The notes under the pieces were generated by a model. That model saw nothing but the letters and a program-made list of their open reading frames with translations, was not told where the DNA came from and ran no database searches. Positions 1-13,206 of a DNA stretch of 64,000 nt are shown one piece after another. Source of the stretch: Octopus sinensis. Its lineage: Eukaryota. Position numbers and translations under genes: made by a program. The DNA lies in NCBI RefSeq assembly GCF_006345805.1, contig NC_042998.1, forward strand, positions 161,324,001 through 161,388,000. Direction: 5' to 3'. Each line of letters begins with the position of its first letter. Within the stretch, counting starts at the first letter, position 1.

Positions 1-59
1 TACCTGGACACTATTACCATGTTAATTATTTGCTTTTTATATATATGTATATATATGTA

Positions 60-520
<461 letters not shown>

Positions 521-539
521 GCAAGTGGTGTCCTTCATT

Positions 540-708
540 ACCAGTCTTCCATGAAAACTATGTTTAGTCAAGGGAAAGTATCTCCTTACTTGGGATCAGT
601 GAGAGAAAAGTCATCTGTCCATAGAAAATCTGCCTCAACAAACTCCATCCAACCCATGTGAGTATGGAAAAGTGGACATTAAAATGATGATGATTATGAT
701 ACAAATGC
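540..708 (+). mobile_element. Short element ending in the RTE-type 3' tail
   Basis: Ends in ccatccaacccatgtgagtatggaaaagtggacattaaaatgatgatgat, matching the tail of the RTE fragment at ~16390-16445. Confidence 0.6.
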
Positions 709-2160
709 ATACACACACACACACCACACACACACACACATGAATACATGTAGTGAGTAATAATGGATGTTTGTTATATGGTTACAAACAATTTGTAAAA
801 ACAGTATTTACATTTAATCTTATTTAATAATACAGAATTATCATTTTTTTCTTTTATGTAAAAATGGCAATTACATAAAAGAAAGGGGGTATAAAAAGAA
901 ATAAAATCACACCAGAATTAAATGACAGCAACAAACAAACAATACCAACAATAATGAAACAGAAATGAGACCAAGAAGTATTAGGTATTTCACGAACATC
1001 ATTTTACCTGAAAATTTGATCAAAAACAGTTGAAATATATTAGAAAAAAATCAAAAATAATAAAAAAACTTTTTTTTAAAATGTCTGAATCTTCCAGACA
1101 TTATTGAAAAAAAGATGCAGGGGGGAAAATGAAGAAAATAAAACATCTTTGCCATAGTTTTATTGAAAAATGTTTTATTTTTTTAAAAACATACTTTGTT
1201 TGAATTGTTCATGTTTTTATGTATGTGTTTATACACATATTATGTGTGTGTGTGTACGTGTGTGTGTTTGTATGTGTGTGTGTTGTGTGTGAGTTTTATG
1301 CGTGTGAGATATGTTATTTAAATTTCAGTACATTTAAGTTCTTAGGCAAAAAATTGTATCTTTCAAAATAATTAAATAAACTGATGTTGTAAAAACCTAA
1401 CGGGAAATGAAACAGCTTTGTAAACCCATGGCAGACATGAACATTAGGAAGTAACAAAATAGTTTCTCTATTGTTTTCTACTGAACTCAGTGAACTTGTG
1501 GGCAAATTATCAACTTGTTGATCGTGTCATTTGTTGAGAAGAATTTAGTTTGGAATATGTCAGAATTTGTTCAATTTTCTGTATTAAACTGAAACTTTTT
1601 CTCAGTTTTTTTATCCGCTTCTTTATATAAGTTTAGTGGGTATAAATACTTTTGTATGTTTTTAAGAATATTTATTTCAGTAAGTTAATCTCACTAGGCT
1701 ATATTTTCCTATTACAATTTTAAGTGGCCTTGTGCTTACCCAAAATGAATCAATATTACAATTCTAAGAATAGATCCTTCTCTCTTTTCTAGAGAAACAA
1801 AGAGGGACCAAAATACTTTTTTTCTTTTTACCAAAGTAGGCTGCTGAGTAATTTTTCTACACTTAATTTTTTGATTTTCTAAATGTACTGATTTATTTGA
1901 TTTCATTTTGTTTTTGTATGTGTGTTTTAATTGTTTAATCAGAGAAAACTTTCTTGTATTCCAATTTTTAAAAAATCAAATTTGAGGCATCAAAATGTTT
2001 AACCTCTAGCATGTAAATGAATTACTGAAATCAAATGTTTATTCACATACATACACACACACATATGCACATACATACATACATATGCATATATATATAT
2101 ACACACACACACACATGCATACACACACATATAGGGTCATATATTTATGTGAACAATATG

Positions 2161-2195
<35 letters not shown>

Positions 2196-2711
2196 TCTTG
2201 TTTATTTGAAGCTATTGATTAAAATCTTTTTATAAATTTCTTATTTGTAAACTTTAAATTTGTTAGCAGTTCTCTCCAATCTTCTGGTCATTTGCATGGC
2301 AATAACATCATTTTGCTGATTGTTTTATACACGTGGACATATTTTCCTTGTATGGTTATTGTGAATGTAATTCATATAGTGATGATGGTGATGATGACAG
2401 CAATGATGTCAACAATAATGATGATGAAGACAATGAGGACGATGATGAGACTGATGATGATATATCTACTGTTGCCACTACAGTTTGAATTAGTAAAAAT
2501 TACAGACAATATTATACAACCACATTAAGTAATCATTTCAGTATTTGACATGTAGAACTGTATTGGATTTGTTTTGGATGATAAAATAATGAAGTTAAGA
2601 TGGGAAAAATTCAATCAACCATCAGAGGGTAAGGATTTATTAACGATGTGATTAATAAATAAATTATTATTGTTATTATTATCATTATCATTATTATTAT
2701 TATTTTAATTT

Positions 2712-3869
2712 TACACACAACAGATTAGACTGTTGGAAAAGAAACATTCCTAACATCGGGCTACAACAAGTAACCTTAGATGCTAAGAACCCTCCTAAGT
2801 ATCCTAGCCTGTCCCTAATAACACTGTTTTCTGAAGCTGTACTAAACTGCATTTTATGTCTATTTTCTCTATCCATCCGTTTAAATCTTTGGGGATAGTT
2901 CCTAATGCACCTATAACTACTCTTTATCTACTACTACTACTAACCTATCTGTTCTTCTGGTTGTGAAGGTGCTCATAAATGCTTTCTGAAAGTATTCCTG
3001 TTAACAGCTTCCACACTAATGGTAAGCAAGTGATTGGTCTATCTTTCATAAGGAGTATTGTTCTCCCTCTAGTCATCCAATCTGGCATTATTCCTTCATT
3101 AAGGTAATCCTGAAGTTGATTTCTCAGCCTCCCATGTAAACTATTAAATTTCTTTAACCAGTACCCTTGAACTAAATCTGGTCCTAGGCTCTTCCAATTC
3201 AGTGTTTTTCCTAATACTTTACACCATAATGCACTTGCTAGTCTTAGATCTGGCTGCTTCTCATTCACGACTTCTTCCCTCACTTTCTTTAACCATACTG
3301 CATCTCCATTATGATTGATTGGCTTATCCCAAATATTACTCCAGAACTTCCTAGTTTCTCCTTCATTAGGTTTTGCATCTTCAGTACTTCGTTCTCCACT
3401 ATTTGGTTATAAAATCTCCTCTTGTCTGTCTCAAATAATCTATTCTGTTGATACTGATTTATTCTTTTCTAATAACTGGAAAGCTTATCTGCTACTGCTA
3501 TGATATGCTGTTTCAACTCTTCTTTTGCTCCACCATTTTTTGTTTTCTTAACCCTTTCGTTACCAACCTGGCTGAAACTGGCTCTGCTCTGAGTACAAAT
3601 GTCTTGTTTTCATGAGTTTTGAATTAAAATCTTCCACCAAACCTTAGTCACAATTTATGTTCCTAACACTAGCTTAATGATAACTAAGTTATTTTACTAA
3701 ATTCTTCGTTATATTTAAACTTAAATGGCAGAAACACAGAGCATCTCAAAAGAAATTCGGTAATGAAAAGGTTACGTTGTAATTTCTCCTCAGCAAGTTG
3801 TGCAATAGCTTGGAGAAGATTCCTTGTTTGTGTTATGTCCTCCATCTGGATGTATGGTATGACAGTATT
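2712..3869 (-). mobile_element. R4/Dong-like non-LTR retrotransposon, internally deleted copy A
   Basis: Minus-strand peptides LGPDLVQGYWLKKF...WMTRGRTILLMKD-RPITCLPLVWKLLTGIL (N-terminal RT region) joined at ~2940 to the C-terminal motif VVIGALGTIPK...QK.VLLGT; (TAA)n tail at 2660-2706; many stops and frameshifts. Confidence 0.8.
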
Positions 3870-3944
3870 TATTATTATTATTATCATTATTATTATTATT
3901 ATTATTAGTATCATCAACATCATCATCATCATTATTATTATTAT

Positions 3945-4171
3945 TTTAGTTTGACTCAGATTTGGTCTTATTCTTGATAGGATTTATGTGGCTAGCAGGT
4001 TGCTACCTGTATCCTTAGGTGACCACAAGTTTTCAGTAGTCTTTCAAGTGCTTAGTACCCTCCTGATAATCCTTGCTGTCCCTAAGAGACAAACTTTCTG
4101 TAGGAGCTCTACGGGGCATTCTATTGTAATTCCCAATGCACCAATTATTAAAAGCATGACCTTTACAGTTT

Positions 4172-4173
<2 letters not shown>
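3945..4173 (-). mobile_element. R4/Dong-like element, 3' end only (copy B)
   Basis: Minus strand reads IIGALGITIE...LQKVCLLGTARIIRRVLST, then a 3' UTR and (TAA)n/(TGA)n tail at 3868-3945. Confidence 0.75.
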
Positions 4174-4209
<36 letters not shown>

Positions 4210-4212
<3 letters not shown>

Positions 4213-5735
4213 TAGTTTTATTTTTATAGCGTGCTTTCACTTCACTACCGAGCGCAGCTCTGTGTGCCTTGGGTATGTGCTGTGATTTGTTGTGATGCTC
4301 TGATGGTTATTGTATGGAAAGTGTTCTGCGTAGGATGTGTGCAGTGCCTAGTAGTGCAATTTTCTGTATGTTATATGTGTTTGTAAGTCCTGGTGTTTTT
4401 GTTATGTATTTGTCTGAATATTTTTTTATCACGCCTAATGCACCTACTATGATAGGAATTGTTTATGTTTTCAGATTCCACATTCTGGTTACCTCTATTT
4501 CCAGGTCTTTGTATTTTGAGAGTTTCTCCATTTCTTTTAGAGACATGTTGTCATCAGCCGGTATTGATACATCAATTAGAAAGCATTTTTTTTTCTTCAT
4601 GATCTCTGACAACTATATCTGGTCTGTTGGCCTTAATTTCTCTATCTGTGTGTATCGGCATATCCCAGAGTATGGTTGCTTTCTCGTTTTCTGTGACCTT
4701 TTCTGGTGTGTGCCTATACCATCTTTTTTCTGTTGTTATTCCATAATGTTGGCATAGCTTCCAATGTATGTAGGTTCCAACTCTGTCATGCCTGTAAATA
4801 TATTCCTTCTTAGCCAGGACTGGGCAGCTAGAGATAATATGATTTATTGTTTCTTGTCCATCTCCACATATTCTGCAGTTACTTGTAATATTTCTTTTCA
4901 TTACATGTTTTTGGTAATTTCTGGTGGGGAGGCTTTGGTCTTGTGCTGCAATTAAAAATCCCTCTGTTTCTGCTTTGAGTCCTGAGCTTCTCAACCATTG
5001 CTGGGATTTTTCTTTGTCTATTTCTTTTGCGTTTAGTTTAGTCCAGTATTTACCATGAAGGGGCTTTTCTTGCCATCGTTTTATCATGGTTCGTTGCTGT
5101 TCTATTTTTAGTTTGGATTTCATTTGTTTTATAGCTTTTGTTGTTTCTTCATCTTCTTCTTCTTCTTCATGTTTATTAGGTGGTATGATTTATTGTTTGT
5201 ATTTGTCAGCTTCCTTAAATACTGAGAACAGTTTTTTGTTTTGCTTGTGTTTTGCCGCTATCTGGATCAGTTTTCCTTCCTTCTGAAGTAGATATTTTTG
5301 CAGTCCTATGGTGGTTATTTTATAGTAGTTTTCCAGCTGTATAAGGCCTCTACCACCTTCTATACGTTGTATATATAGTCTTTCTATGTCAGATTTTGGG
5401 TGATGCATCCTAGATCCTGTCATTATTTTTCTTGTTTTCCTATCTATTTTGGTCAGTTCATTTCGTGTCCAGTTAAGGATATTGTAGCTGTAACTTATAA
5501 CTGGGACAGCTAAAGTGTTGATACCTATTATCTTGTTTTTAGCATTGAGCTCTGTGTTTAGTATTGATCTAACTCGTCTATAATATTCTTTTTTTTATTT
5601 TCTCTTTCATTTGTGTGTGTTGTGTCTTATCTAGTTCATGGATTCCTAAGTATTTGTAAGTTTGACTTTGGTCTAATCCTTTTATTTCATTGGTTTTATC
5701 TAGTGTGATGTTGTTACTCTTAACTAGTTTTCCTC

Positions 5736-5738
<3 letters not shown>
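4210..5738 (-). mobile_element. R4/Dong-like element, 5'-truncated copy C (RT C-terminus, CCHC-like motif, restriction-like endonuclease)
   Basis: YKYLGI...EYYRRV...HPKSDIERLYIQRIEGGRGL; CRICGDGQETINHIISSCPVLAKKEYIYRHDRV; ANRPDIVVRD...ID...KYKDLEIEV...IIVGALG; stop at ~4308; (TAA)n tail 4174-4209. Confidence 0.92.
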
Positions 5739-5801
<63 letters not shown>

Positions 5802-5802
5802 C

Positions 5803-5905
5803 ATATCTTATTTATCGGCACTCTTGGTCTTATTTGCTCTGATTAATTCTGTGAAATCAGACAACATCCTGTTGTCAAAAGGTCTCACAGGGTCTCTTTC
5901 CACAA
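5803..5905 (-). mobile_element. Probable fourth R4/Dong-like 3' UTR fragment (copy D)
   Basis: Same orientation and ends in the (TAA)n tract 5738-5802; no coding motif left. Confidence 0.45.
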
Positions 5906-6559
5906 ATTATAAGACTTGGTACTTAGGTGTTAAGCATAGTGAAAGATAATCAACACCTAAGTATCAAACTCAAAATCTTTACTGTCCCCATGCTCTGCCC
6001 TCATGTCAATTTCATTTTTTCTGACATACTTCTCAAAGTTGGCTGTTAGTGGTCCAAGTACCTCCACAACAATTTGGATAATAGTTATTCTCTTCATTGC
6101 TCACATTCTTGCAATTTCGTCAGTAGTAGTAGTGGTGGTGGTTTTGTAGCTGATTATTAAGATATACTTACATTTATCCATTTTTGTAAAATTATAAAAC
6201 TCAAATGATCAATTCAAAATTTTACTTAAAGTAAATCATGGACTAAATTTAATGAAAGTTTAATTTTCAAATTTAAAAGTAAAATCAAGATATTAACAAA
6301 AATATCCTAAACTACCATACCAAATTCCTTTGTTTATTATTTTGTCTGCTGTCATATATGATCATTACATCTTTTCTTATGCCTATTTTATTGCTTACGA
6401 TTTCAACATCCTTTTATAAATCTGCATGATATCATTTTTTAATCATCATTATTCATTTGTGAGTGATATGATTTGAACTTGCTATCAAAGATGATTGGCT
6501 GATAGACTCCAGGTTTTACATACTTGTTAGTACTACAAGTAAATTATTCTCTCATTCTG

Positions 6560-6780
6560 TTCTTTCCTATTCACCACTATCGTTTTAATGTCCATCCCCC
6601 CACCATGCTTGCATTGATCAGATGGAATTTGCTGATGGATTTTTTTGTGTGGCTGGGTGCCCTTGTCACCAGCCCTGACTTGTTTCCAAGCAAGGTAATC
6701 TTTCCCAGTGGTCAGACGTGTGTTTCATGGCAGGGGCACTGCAGCCATGCAGCATATTTTGGGCAAGAAAGCCTAGTGGA
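6560..6780 (-). mobile_element. RTE-tailed repeat fragment
   Basis: Reverse complement resembles the RTE 3' UTR/tail (gggcacccagccacac ... gcatgg...ggacattaaaacgat). Confidence 0.55.
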
Positions 6781-6945
6781 GCCCATCCTTCTCTAGGATA
6801 AACTCATTTTTACAGCTGAGTAGACTGGAGCCAAGTGAAATGAAATGTTTTGCTCAAGAACACAATGTATTGCCTGGTCCAGGAATAAAAACCACAATCT
6901 TTTAATTGTGAGTTCAACACTTAAACCACTAAGCCACATGCATCC
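6780..6945 (-). mobile_element. tRNA-derived SINE family B
   Basis: Minus-strand head gtggcttagtggtt...ttcttgagcaaaaca...ctccagtctactcagctg, as in copies at 19637 and 49968. Confidence 0.7.
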
Positions 6946-7159
6946 AACACATACATACGCACACATATGCACACATATATACAGTTTCCATCAACCAAAT
7001 CCTCTCACATGGTTTTGGTCAGACTGGGGCAATAGTAGAAGATATTTTCCCCAAGGCACTATGAAATGGAACTGAACCCAGAACAATTTGGTTAGGAGGC
7101 AATATTCTTAACCACACAGTCACCCCTGTACCTTTGTTATTAATTAAGTAGAACAAAGG

Positions 7160-7390
7160 AAGTTTCAGTCCCTTGCTGGGCAAACAATAATTTTTAAACT
7201 GACAGAAAGTCAGAAATTTAGGAGAATGAGTTAGTTGATTAAGTTGATTCCAGTACATGACAGGTACTTTATCACAGTCCCTTGGTAGTATTTGAACTCA
7301 GAACATTAAAAAAACCCTAAGTAAACCAAACTAGGTATTTTATCTGTTTCTAAAGATTTTACCAATCTACTGTCCTCTTTCTAGAACACT
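7160..7390 (-). mobile_element. SINE family C, decayed
   Basis: Contains tttgaactcagaac and the aagttgattccagtac...gtacttt segment shared with other family C copies. Confidence 0.55.
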
Positions 7391-8614
7391 TAATAATGTC
7401 AATTATATGGCATACATTTATGCTTCTTCAACTGAATTGCTAACATATTACTCATATTTTATGTGTCCATCAAGTCCACCAAGGACTAGCAGTCTCTGTG
7501 GTTTCCTTTAAAGTAGACCGATACAACACAACTTAAAGAGTATTAGTCATGATTTTCTTTTCTCTTTCTTTTTACAAAAGCTCAATATTTTGAGGAGAAA
7601 CAAGAGACGATGACATTCAGACCTTTCTTCAGGTCATTAGTAACATAAGTGAATTCAAATGGCATATCTAGAAACAAAAACCATGTCATGAACTAATTAA
7701 TAAATACTGATCTCTCATCACCTAATAGACTATCAATTAATTCACCTCAGGTCTTTAAGTTCACAAGCTCAACACTTATGAAATAACCCTTAAAAAAGTT
7801 TACATACATTATAATAATATTATTATTACAGAATCAATGAGCTTTATAGACTGCTGTTATTAATTCAAGTTTCAACGCTATTCTTCAGGTATGATTTATG
7901 AGTAATTTCTTCTTTCTACTTATTGATTTATTTCTATGAAAGCTTGTTTTAAAAATTAGACTTTTGTTAGGTTTTAGAATTTCCATAATTAATTTATTTC
8001 ACATTATCTTTTTGCAGTATTTCAAATATTTAATGTTGGTGTAAATATACATCTTGACTCAATAATACCATCAATAATAGTTCATTAACAGGCTTTCTGT
8101 TCATACTAAGAATCTCTGCAGTTTATACTACTTGTCAAAGTGGCTAATTATCAGTGGCTAAATGTTTATTATCTAGTCTGTTAGCTTTTGAGCCACACAA
8201 TAAATTTTAAACCAATTTCCAAACAGTGTCAATAATATCTTTGTAAAGTAAAGAATTAATCTGAGATTTTCAGTGTTTTCTTCCAGATTTCAAGTAGAGA
8301 TGAATGTTTAGAATTAATCTGAAAATATGTTTAGAATGATTGAAATTAATTTGAATACTGTAATTAGTACAAATAAATGAAAATGTGTTGATTATTCAAC
8401 AAATATGCTTAATCTTCATAAACTTATGATTGACCAAAACTAATTTTGAACAACAACACTTATTACAGGTGCGACATTTGGAAACTTTGATTCCAAATAC
8501 TTTCTTGATTCAGACTATTTTCTGAACAGGAGTGTTCACCTTGTATGCACACTCTAAATTAAACAAATGTTAAAGCTACTTAAATAATTAAATGAAATAA
8601 AGGTACCTGTACAA

Positions 8615-8872
8615 TAGTGTTTCTCAACCATTTTTTTTATCTATGAACCCCTTTGATTCTTATTTTACTCCAGCGGACCCTCAAAGCCATTCAATGTTTA
8701 AAAAATCCTATTATATTTTAATAATTAAATATTGTTAGGAATTGTATACAAAAAAATTGTTAAAATATTTTGTGTATTATAGAAGGAAATCGAATTTATT
8801 GACAATAAATTTTAGCAGCAAAATCATATATCAACCCCTAAGGGGTGTATGGACCCTGGTTGAGAACTACTG
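8615..8872. mobile_element. hAT/Charlie-type MITE
   Basis: Terminal inverted repeats tagtgtttctcaacca / tggttgagaactactg; degraded 8-bp flanks ctgtacaa / ttgtgcag. Confidence 0.8.
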
Positions 8873-9324
8873 TTGTGCAGTAATATCAATGATACAAGTT
8901 TATTAATCCTGCACTGTGCAAGGTGCCAGTAAGCTAATCTGGCAATCACAGGAGTTTGGGGTTCTTGCTTGTACATTAGTGTAGATTATGAAAGATTTCA
9001 GACTGTCTGTGCCCAGAAAGTTGGTGTTGTACCTCTATATATTTATTTCACCTTTTCTTTTCATTTTTAATTGTTTACCCAGAAGAGGAAATGGTGTGTC
9101 CATGATCTTTTTATCGGGGTCTCTGTGACTGGTGGAAAGTTACCTGGCCTAAATAATTGCTAAAAGCATACAAATGCCAACTGGTGGTAAAACAGATGAC
9201 AAAATGAGTCTACCAATGAAGAACAGAAATATTTCCTCTGGCAGTTTTTTTGATTACCAAATATCCTTCAAAAAGCTTTGATTAATCTGAATCCATGGTA
9301 AAAAAAACATTTCCCCCATACAAA

Positions 9325-9722
9325 ATAATGGTGGTTGTGTGGTAAGAAGCTTGCTTTCCAACCACATAGTTCCAGGTTCAGTCCCACTGCATGGCACCCT
9401 GGCCAAGTGTCTTCTACCCTAGCCCCAGGCTGACCAAAGCCTTGTGAACTGATTTGGTAGTTGGAAACTGAAAAGAGCCTGTCATATATAAATAACTGTG
9501 TGTGTCTCTTTGTGTTTGTGTCTGTGTTTGGTTTGTACCTATCACTGCTTGACAACCGGTGTTGGCATGTTTACATCCTTGTAACTTTGCTGTTCTGTAA
9601 AAAGATACCATTATGATAAGTACCAGGCTTAAAAAACAGTACTGGGGTTGATTCAGCCAACTAAAATTCTTCTAGGGGGTGCCCCAGTATGGCCATTGAC
9701 AAATGACTGAAGCAAATAAAAA
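9325..9722 (+). mobile_element. tRNA-derived SINE family A
   Basis: Head gtgtggtaagaagcttgc...ggttcagtcccactgcatggcacc, central (TG)n, tail ggggtgccccagtatggcc...atgactgaa. Confidence 0.9.
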
Positions 9723-10322
9723 AAAGCTTTCTGAATTTCTAAATAAAAAGCTTACCAAGGAAATAAAAACACAAAATAAGCCTTAGCCTTATTTTATGAA
9801 AATGTTTTGATTTGTATTTTTTTGTGCCTTTTATTTATTTATCTATCTATTTTCCTGTTTTGTCATTGATGCATCATTATTTTATGCTTGCTTTTCACAT
9901 TGTCATCAATTGCTCGAGTCATCATGGCCATATCACTAAATATGAAAGACTAAGTTGTATCATCTTTTAGAATGTATTCAATGTCTAGTGCATAACTAAC
10001 AATTCATTTGTTACTTGACGTTGCAGCCAATGTTTTTATTTGGAATAAATGCCATCCTAATAAGATCAAAGAATCATGTCTTTGTATGTTTCATTTTGGC
10101 TTGAGTTCTTTGATGTCTTTTCTCTCACCAACTACTTTACAGAATATACTAGGTACAATGTGCACTGGAGAGGTTGTGATGTCCTCAACAAGATTAACTG
10201 CTCATCTTCACCTCATGCCTCTGATTTTCCAACTTTTTCAAAGAACATAAATGGTACATGTTATCATGTTACCTGCAGTAATGAGATTGACTTGTGCCCT
10301 GTAAGAGTAAAGCTTCTTCACT

Positions 10323-10472
10323 TACTAGTGTAGCTAGAGTGTGAGCCGCCCAGGGTGGCCCTTCATTTTTACACCCCAAAACCCACACAAAAATTACAGA
10401 TTGCTTCTGCAGCATACCCAAAAGTGGTGCTGCCTGGGGTGGACCACCCCTGCTCCTCTAGCTACGTTGGTG
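10323..10472. mobile_element. 150-bp hAT-type MITE with 8-bp TSD
   Basis: TIR cores gtagctagag (10330-10339) / ctctagctac (10456-10465); flanking direct repeats tcttcact (10315-10322) / tcttcacc (10473-10480). Confidence 0.85.
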
Positions 10473-11587
10473 TCTTCACCACTCTATGTTGTGTTTATTC
10501 ACTGAGGGCAACCTGACCAAGAAGATGAACAAAAGAGAGAGTGATGACAAGAAGAACCAGAATGGTTGGGTGAAGGGAATATTGATGTGGTGGGTGAGGG
10601 GATGATTGAAGAAAAGAGAGAGGGTAATAGATATTAATAAACTAATTTCTGACAGAAAATAAAGTTTTAAAAATGTTTAGCATAAAATAAAAACATTTGC
10701 TGGTTTCACATTGGGTATAAAGATACATTTCAGATGATTATCATTAACTTAAAAATGTAATAAACATGACATAAAATACCTGCAGTTATGTGTGAAAGAT
10801 TTATGTGAGTAAAATCATATCAGTAAGCTAAATGGGACAAAATGTTCTTGTTAAGTAGCTCCAGTTAGCTTTACTAGTAATTCAACTATATCTTCTTACA
10901 CACTAAACAAGCCAAGCTTTAACCAATATTGTACACAAGCTGTGTTTTAGTTGAGTGGACTGTATGCTTTGTAAATTAGTTTGGAATGACAGTCAGTATA
11001 TATGAGTGTATATATGAGTCAAGGTCAAGGTGATATGAGTGTATATGTTTGTGTATGTTGTCAGATAATCTAAGATCTTCAAAAAGTTAGGCTTATGATT
11101 TCAGAGGTTACATTGACACTAAAAGTGATACATTTAAATAATATCATCTTCCAACTGTATTTAGTTCCTAGTATTTATCTAAAAACTCAACTTTTTATTT
11201 GTCCTTAACAACATTAACAATTTATCATATGTTCTTTTTTTCTTCATGCTGGTATGGGTTAGTATATCATCATATGCAGCTGATCATTTTGGTCTATTGA
11301 CATCTTGTCTGTGAAGTAACATCACCAACCCTTCTTGCATCTCTCTTAGATTCCCTCTTCTACAAGTACTTTCCACTAATAGCAAACAGTTTTCATTTTG
11401 CACTACATGTCCATAACTGTCCGGTCATTTCTTCTATACACGTCTGCCTTTGGATCAAGCTTACTTTATTTCACTTCAGCCTCAACTCATGTTTTACTGC
11501 TTTATAACAAACCTGCTTCTGAGTGATACTCTGTTTTCTTATTTGTAACTACTTCTATTCATATGTTCATATCAATGAAGCATAATA

Positions 11588-11800
11588 TTGGTTTCAAATT
11601 TTGGCACAAAGCCAACAATTTTGCCGGAGGGGGTTAAGTCGATTACATCAACCCCAGTGCTCAATCTTTATTCATTTTATTGACCCCAAAGGCATTATAG
11701 GCAAAATCGACCTCAGCAGAATTTGAACTCAGAACAGAGACAAGCAAAGTGTCACTAAGCATCTTACCCGACATGCTAATGGATCTGCCAGCTCACTGTG
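11588..11800 (-). mobile_element. SINE family C
   Basis: ggtttcaaattttggcaca...ttttattgacccc...gacctcagcagaatttgaactcagaac...gccagctcac. Confidence 0.8.
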
Positions 11801-12484
11801 TTCTTAGCCAGAAGATTATTGTTGAAGATGTTAAACTCCTGTAGTTTTATAAAATACATTTATTACTTTCATCAGGTAATGAAGCTGGTTCCCCCTCTTG
11901 TATTTTAAAATTCATGCTGCAGAAACAGTGAGACTTAAAACTGTTTTTCTCAAGTTAGCAACAAACAACAATTTGTTAATGATAAGTAAATAGAATATAA
12001 AATTTCACATACATGTAAAGTGAATGTAAATTTGAATGCATTTGGGGTATAGCAGAAATATTTTTTTGAATATGCCAAAATTTCTCATAAAAATCTTATC
12101 TAGTGCCAACATCTTTACTCTAAATCCATACCCGTATGCATTTAAATTTATGAGAAGAAATTAAAGAGAAGTGTTCAATAGCACAGTTCAATAATATATT
12201 TTATTTGATAGTAAAACACAATAGTATATGTATTTTGATAGCAAAGTACAATAATGCTTTCCTTCTGTCTCGATACTGTATATTGCGATTATACTGTTGG
12301 TTTTATGTAATATAAATATCGTTAATTATTTTAAAGCAACATGAGTAGTAAAAATAATCAACATCAGCAACAGCCATAACTTTAAAACACACCCAAAGGA
12401 GAGATGAATTTGGCACATTTGGCAGAAATCTTGTTACTGATATTTGCTATTTCAGTGCTTAATGCTATGCAAGTGAAATCTCAC

Positions 12485-12572
12485 CTAGTTGACTGAAACT
12501 CTTATTCCTCTGGGTGATAATAAAATCTCTAACAGTCTTTATAACTATCATATATAAGTCTGGCAATCTATT
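12485..12572 (-). CDS. Candidate internal exon of an unidentified gene (NRLPDLYMIVIKTVRDFIITQRNKSFSQL)
   Basis: Acceptor ctatctccctcactag, donor CTAG|gtgaga, 88 nt, open phase 0 to phase 1; no protein family recognised. Confidence 0.2.
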
Positions 12573-12954
12573 CTAGTGAGGGAGATAGATGGTGTCTCTT
12601 AACAAACTTAACTCTGAGAAAGCTGAGTGAAAGCATCTTTCTCTTTGAATCTCTTTAGTTCAGCATGATTTTGGAAATTTATTCAAAGATTTTTATTAAT
12701 GACATTTCTGTTAATGGCTGGAAAATGCTGGGCATAATTTTTATTTTATTTTAATAAAGGAGGACAATGCTTTGACATGGCTACAGCCTACTGGATGGAG
12801 CAAGTCAAAGACTAAAAGAAAGTATATGATTAATGGTTCCAAATAATACCAAAGTGGTACATTCTGAAAATGGTTCCTTTTTTTTTGAGAGGTGTGTGTT
12901 TTAGTTTCCTTCCTTCTTTTTCAAGTGTATGAGAATAGATAAATAGTTAGATTG

Positions 12955-13131
12955 TTAGGCAGATAGATAGATAGATAGATAGATAGCTAGATAGATAGAT
13001 AGAAAGAGAGAAAGAGAGCGAGAGTGAGATAAAACTAAATAGATAGACCTATATTTAGATAAATAGAGACAGGTAGATCGATAGATAGACATATATATAT
13101 ATATATTATATATAGACTGATATATATATAT

Positions 13132-13205
<74 letters not shown>
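12955..13205. repeat. (GATA)n, (TA)n and (GA)n microsatellites
   Basis: Directly visible. Confidence 0.95.

Positions 13206-13206
<1 letters not shown>

Noticed and set aside
2301-2488. Asp-rich frame (YGYCECNSYSDDGDDD...) as a terminal exon
   Set aside because: Mostly a degenerate (GAT)n tract; no acceptor in the open frame.
7560-9160. Chain of small exons on either strand (e.g. GATFGNFDSKYFLDSDYFLNRSVHL plus; PGNFPPVTETPIKRSWTHHFLFW minus)
   Set aside because: Equally plausible splice signals on both strands, inconsistent phases and no recognisable protein.
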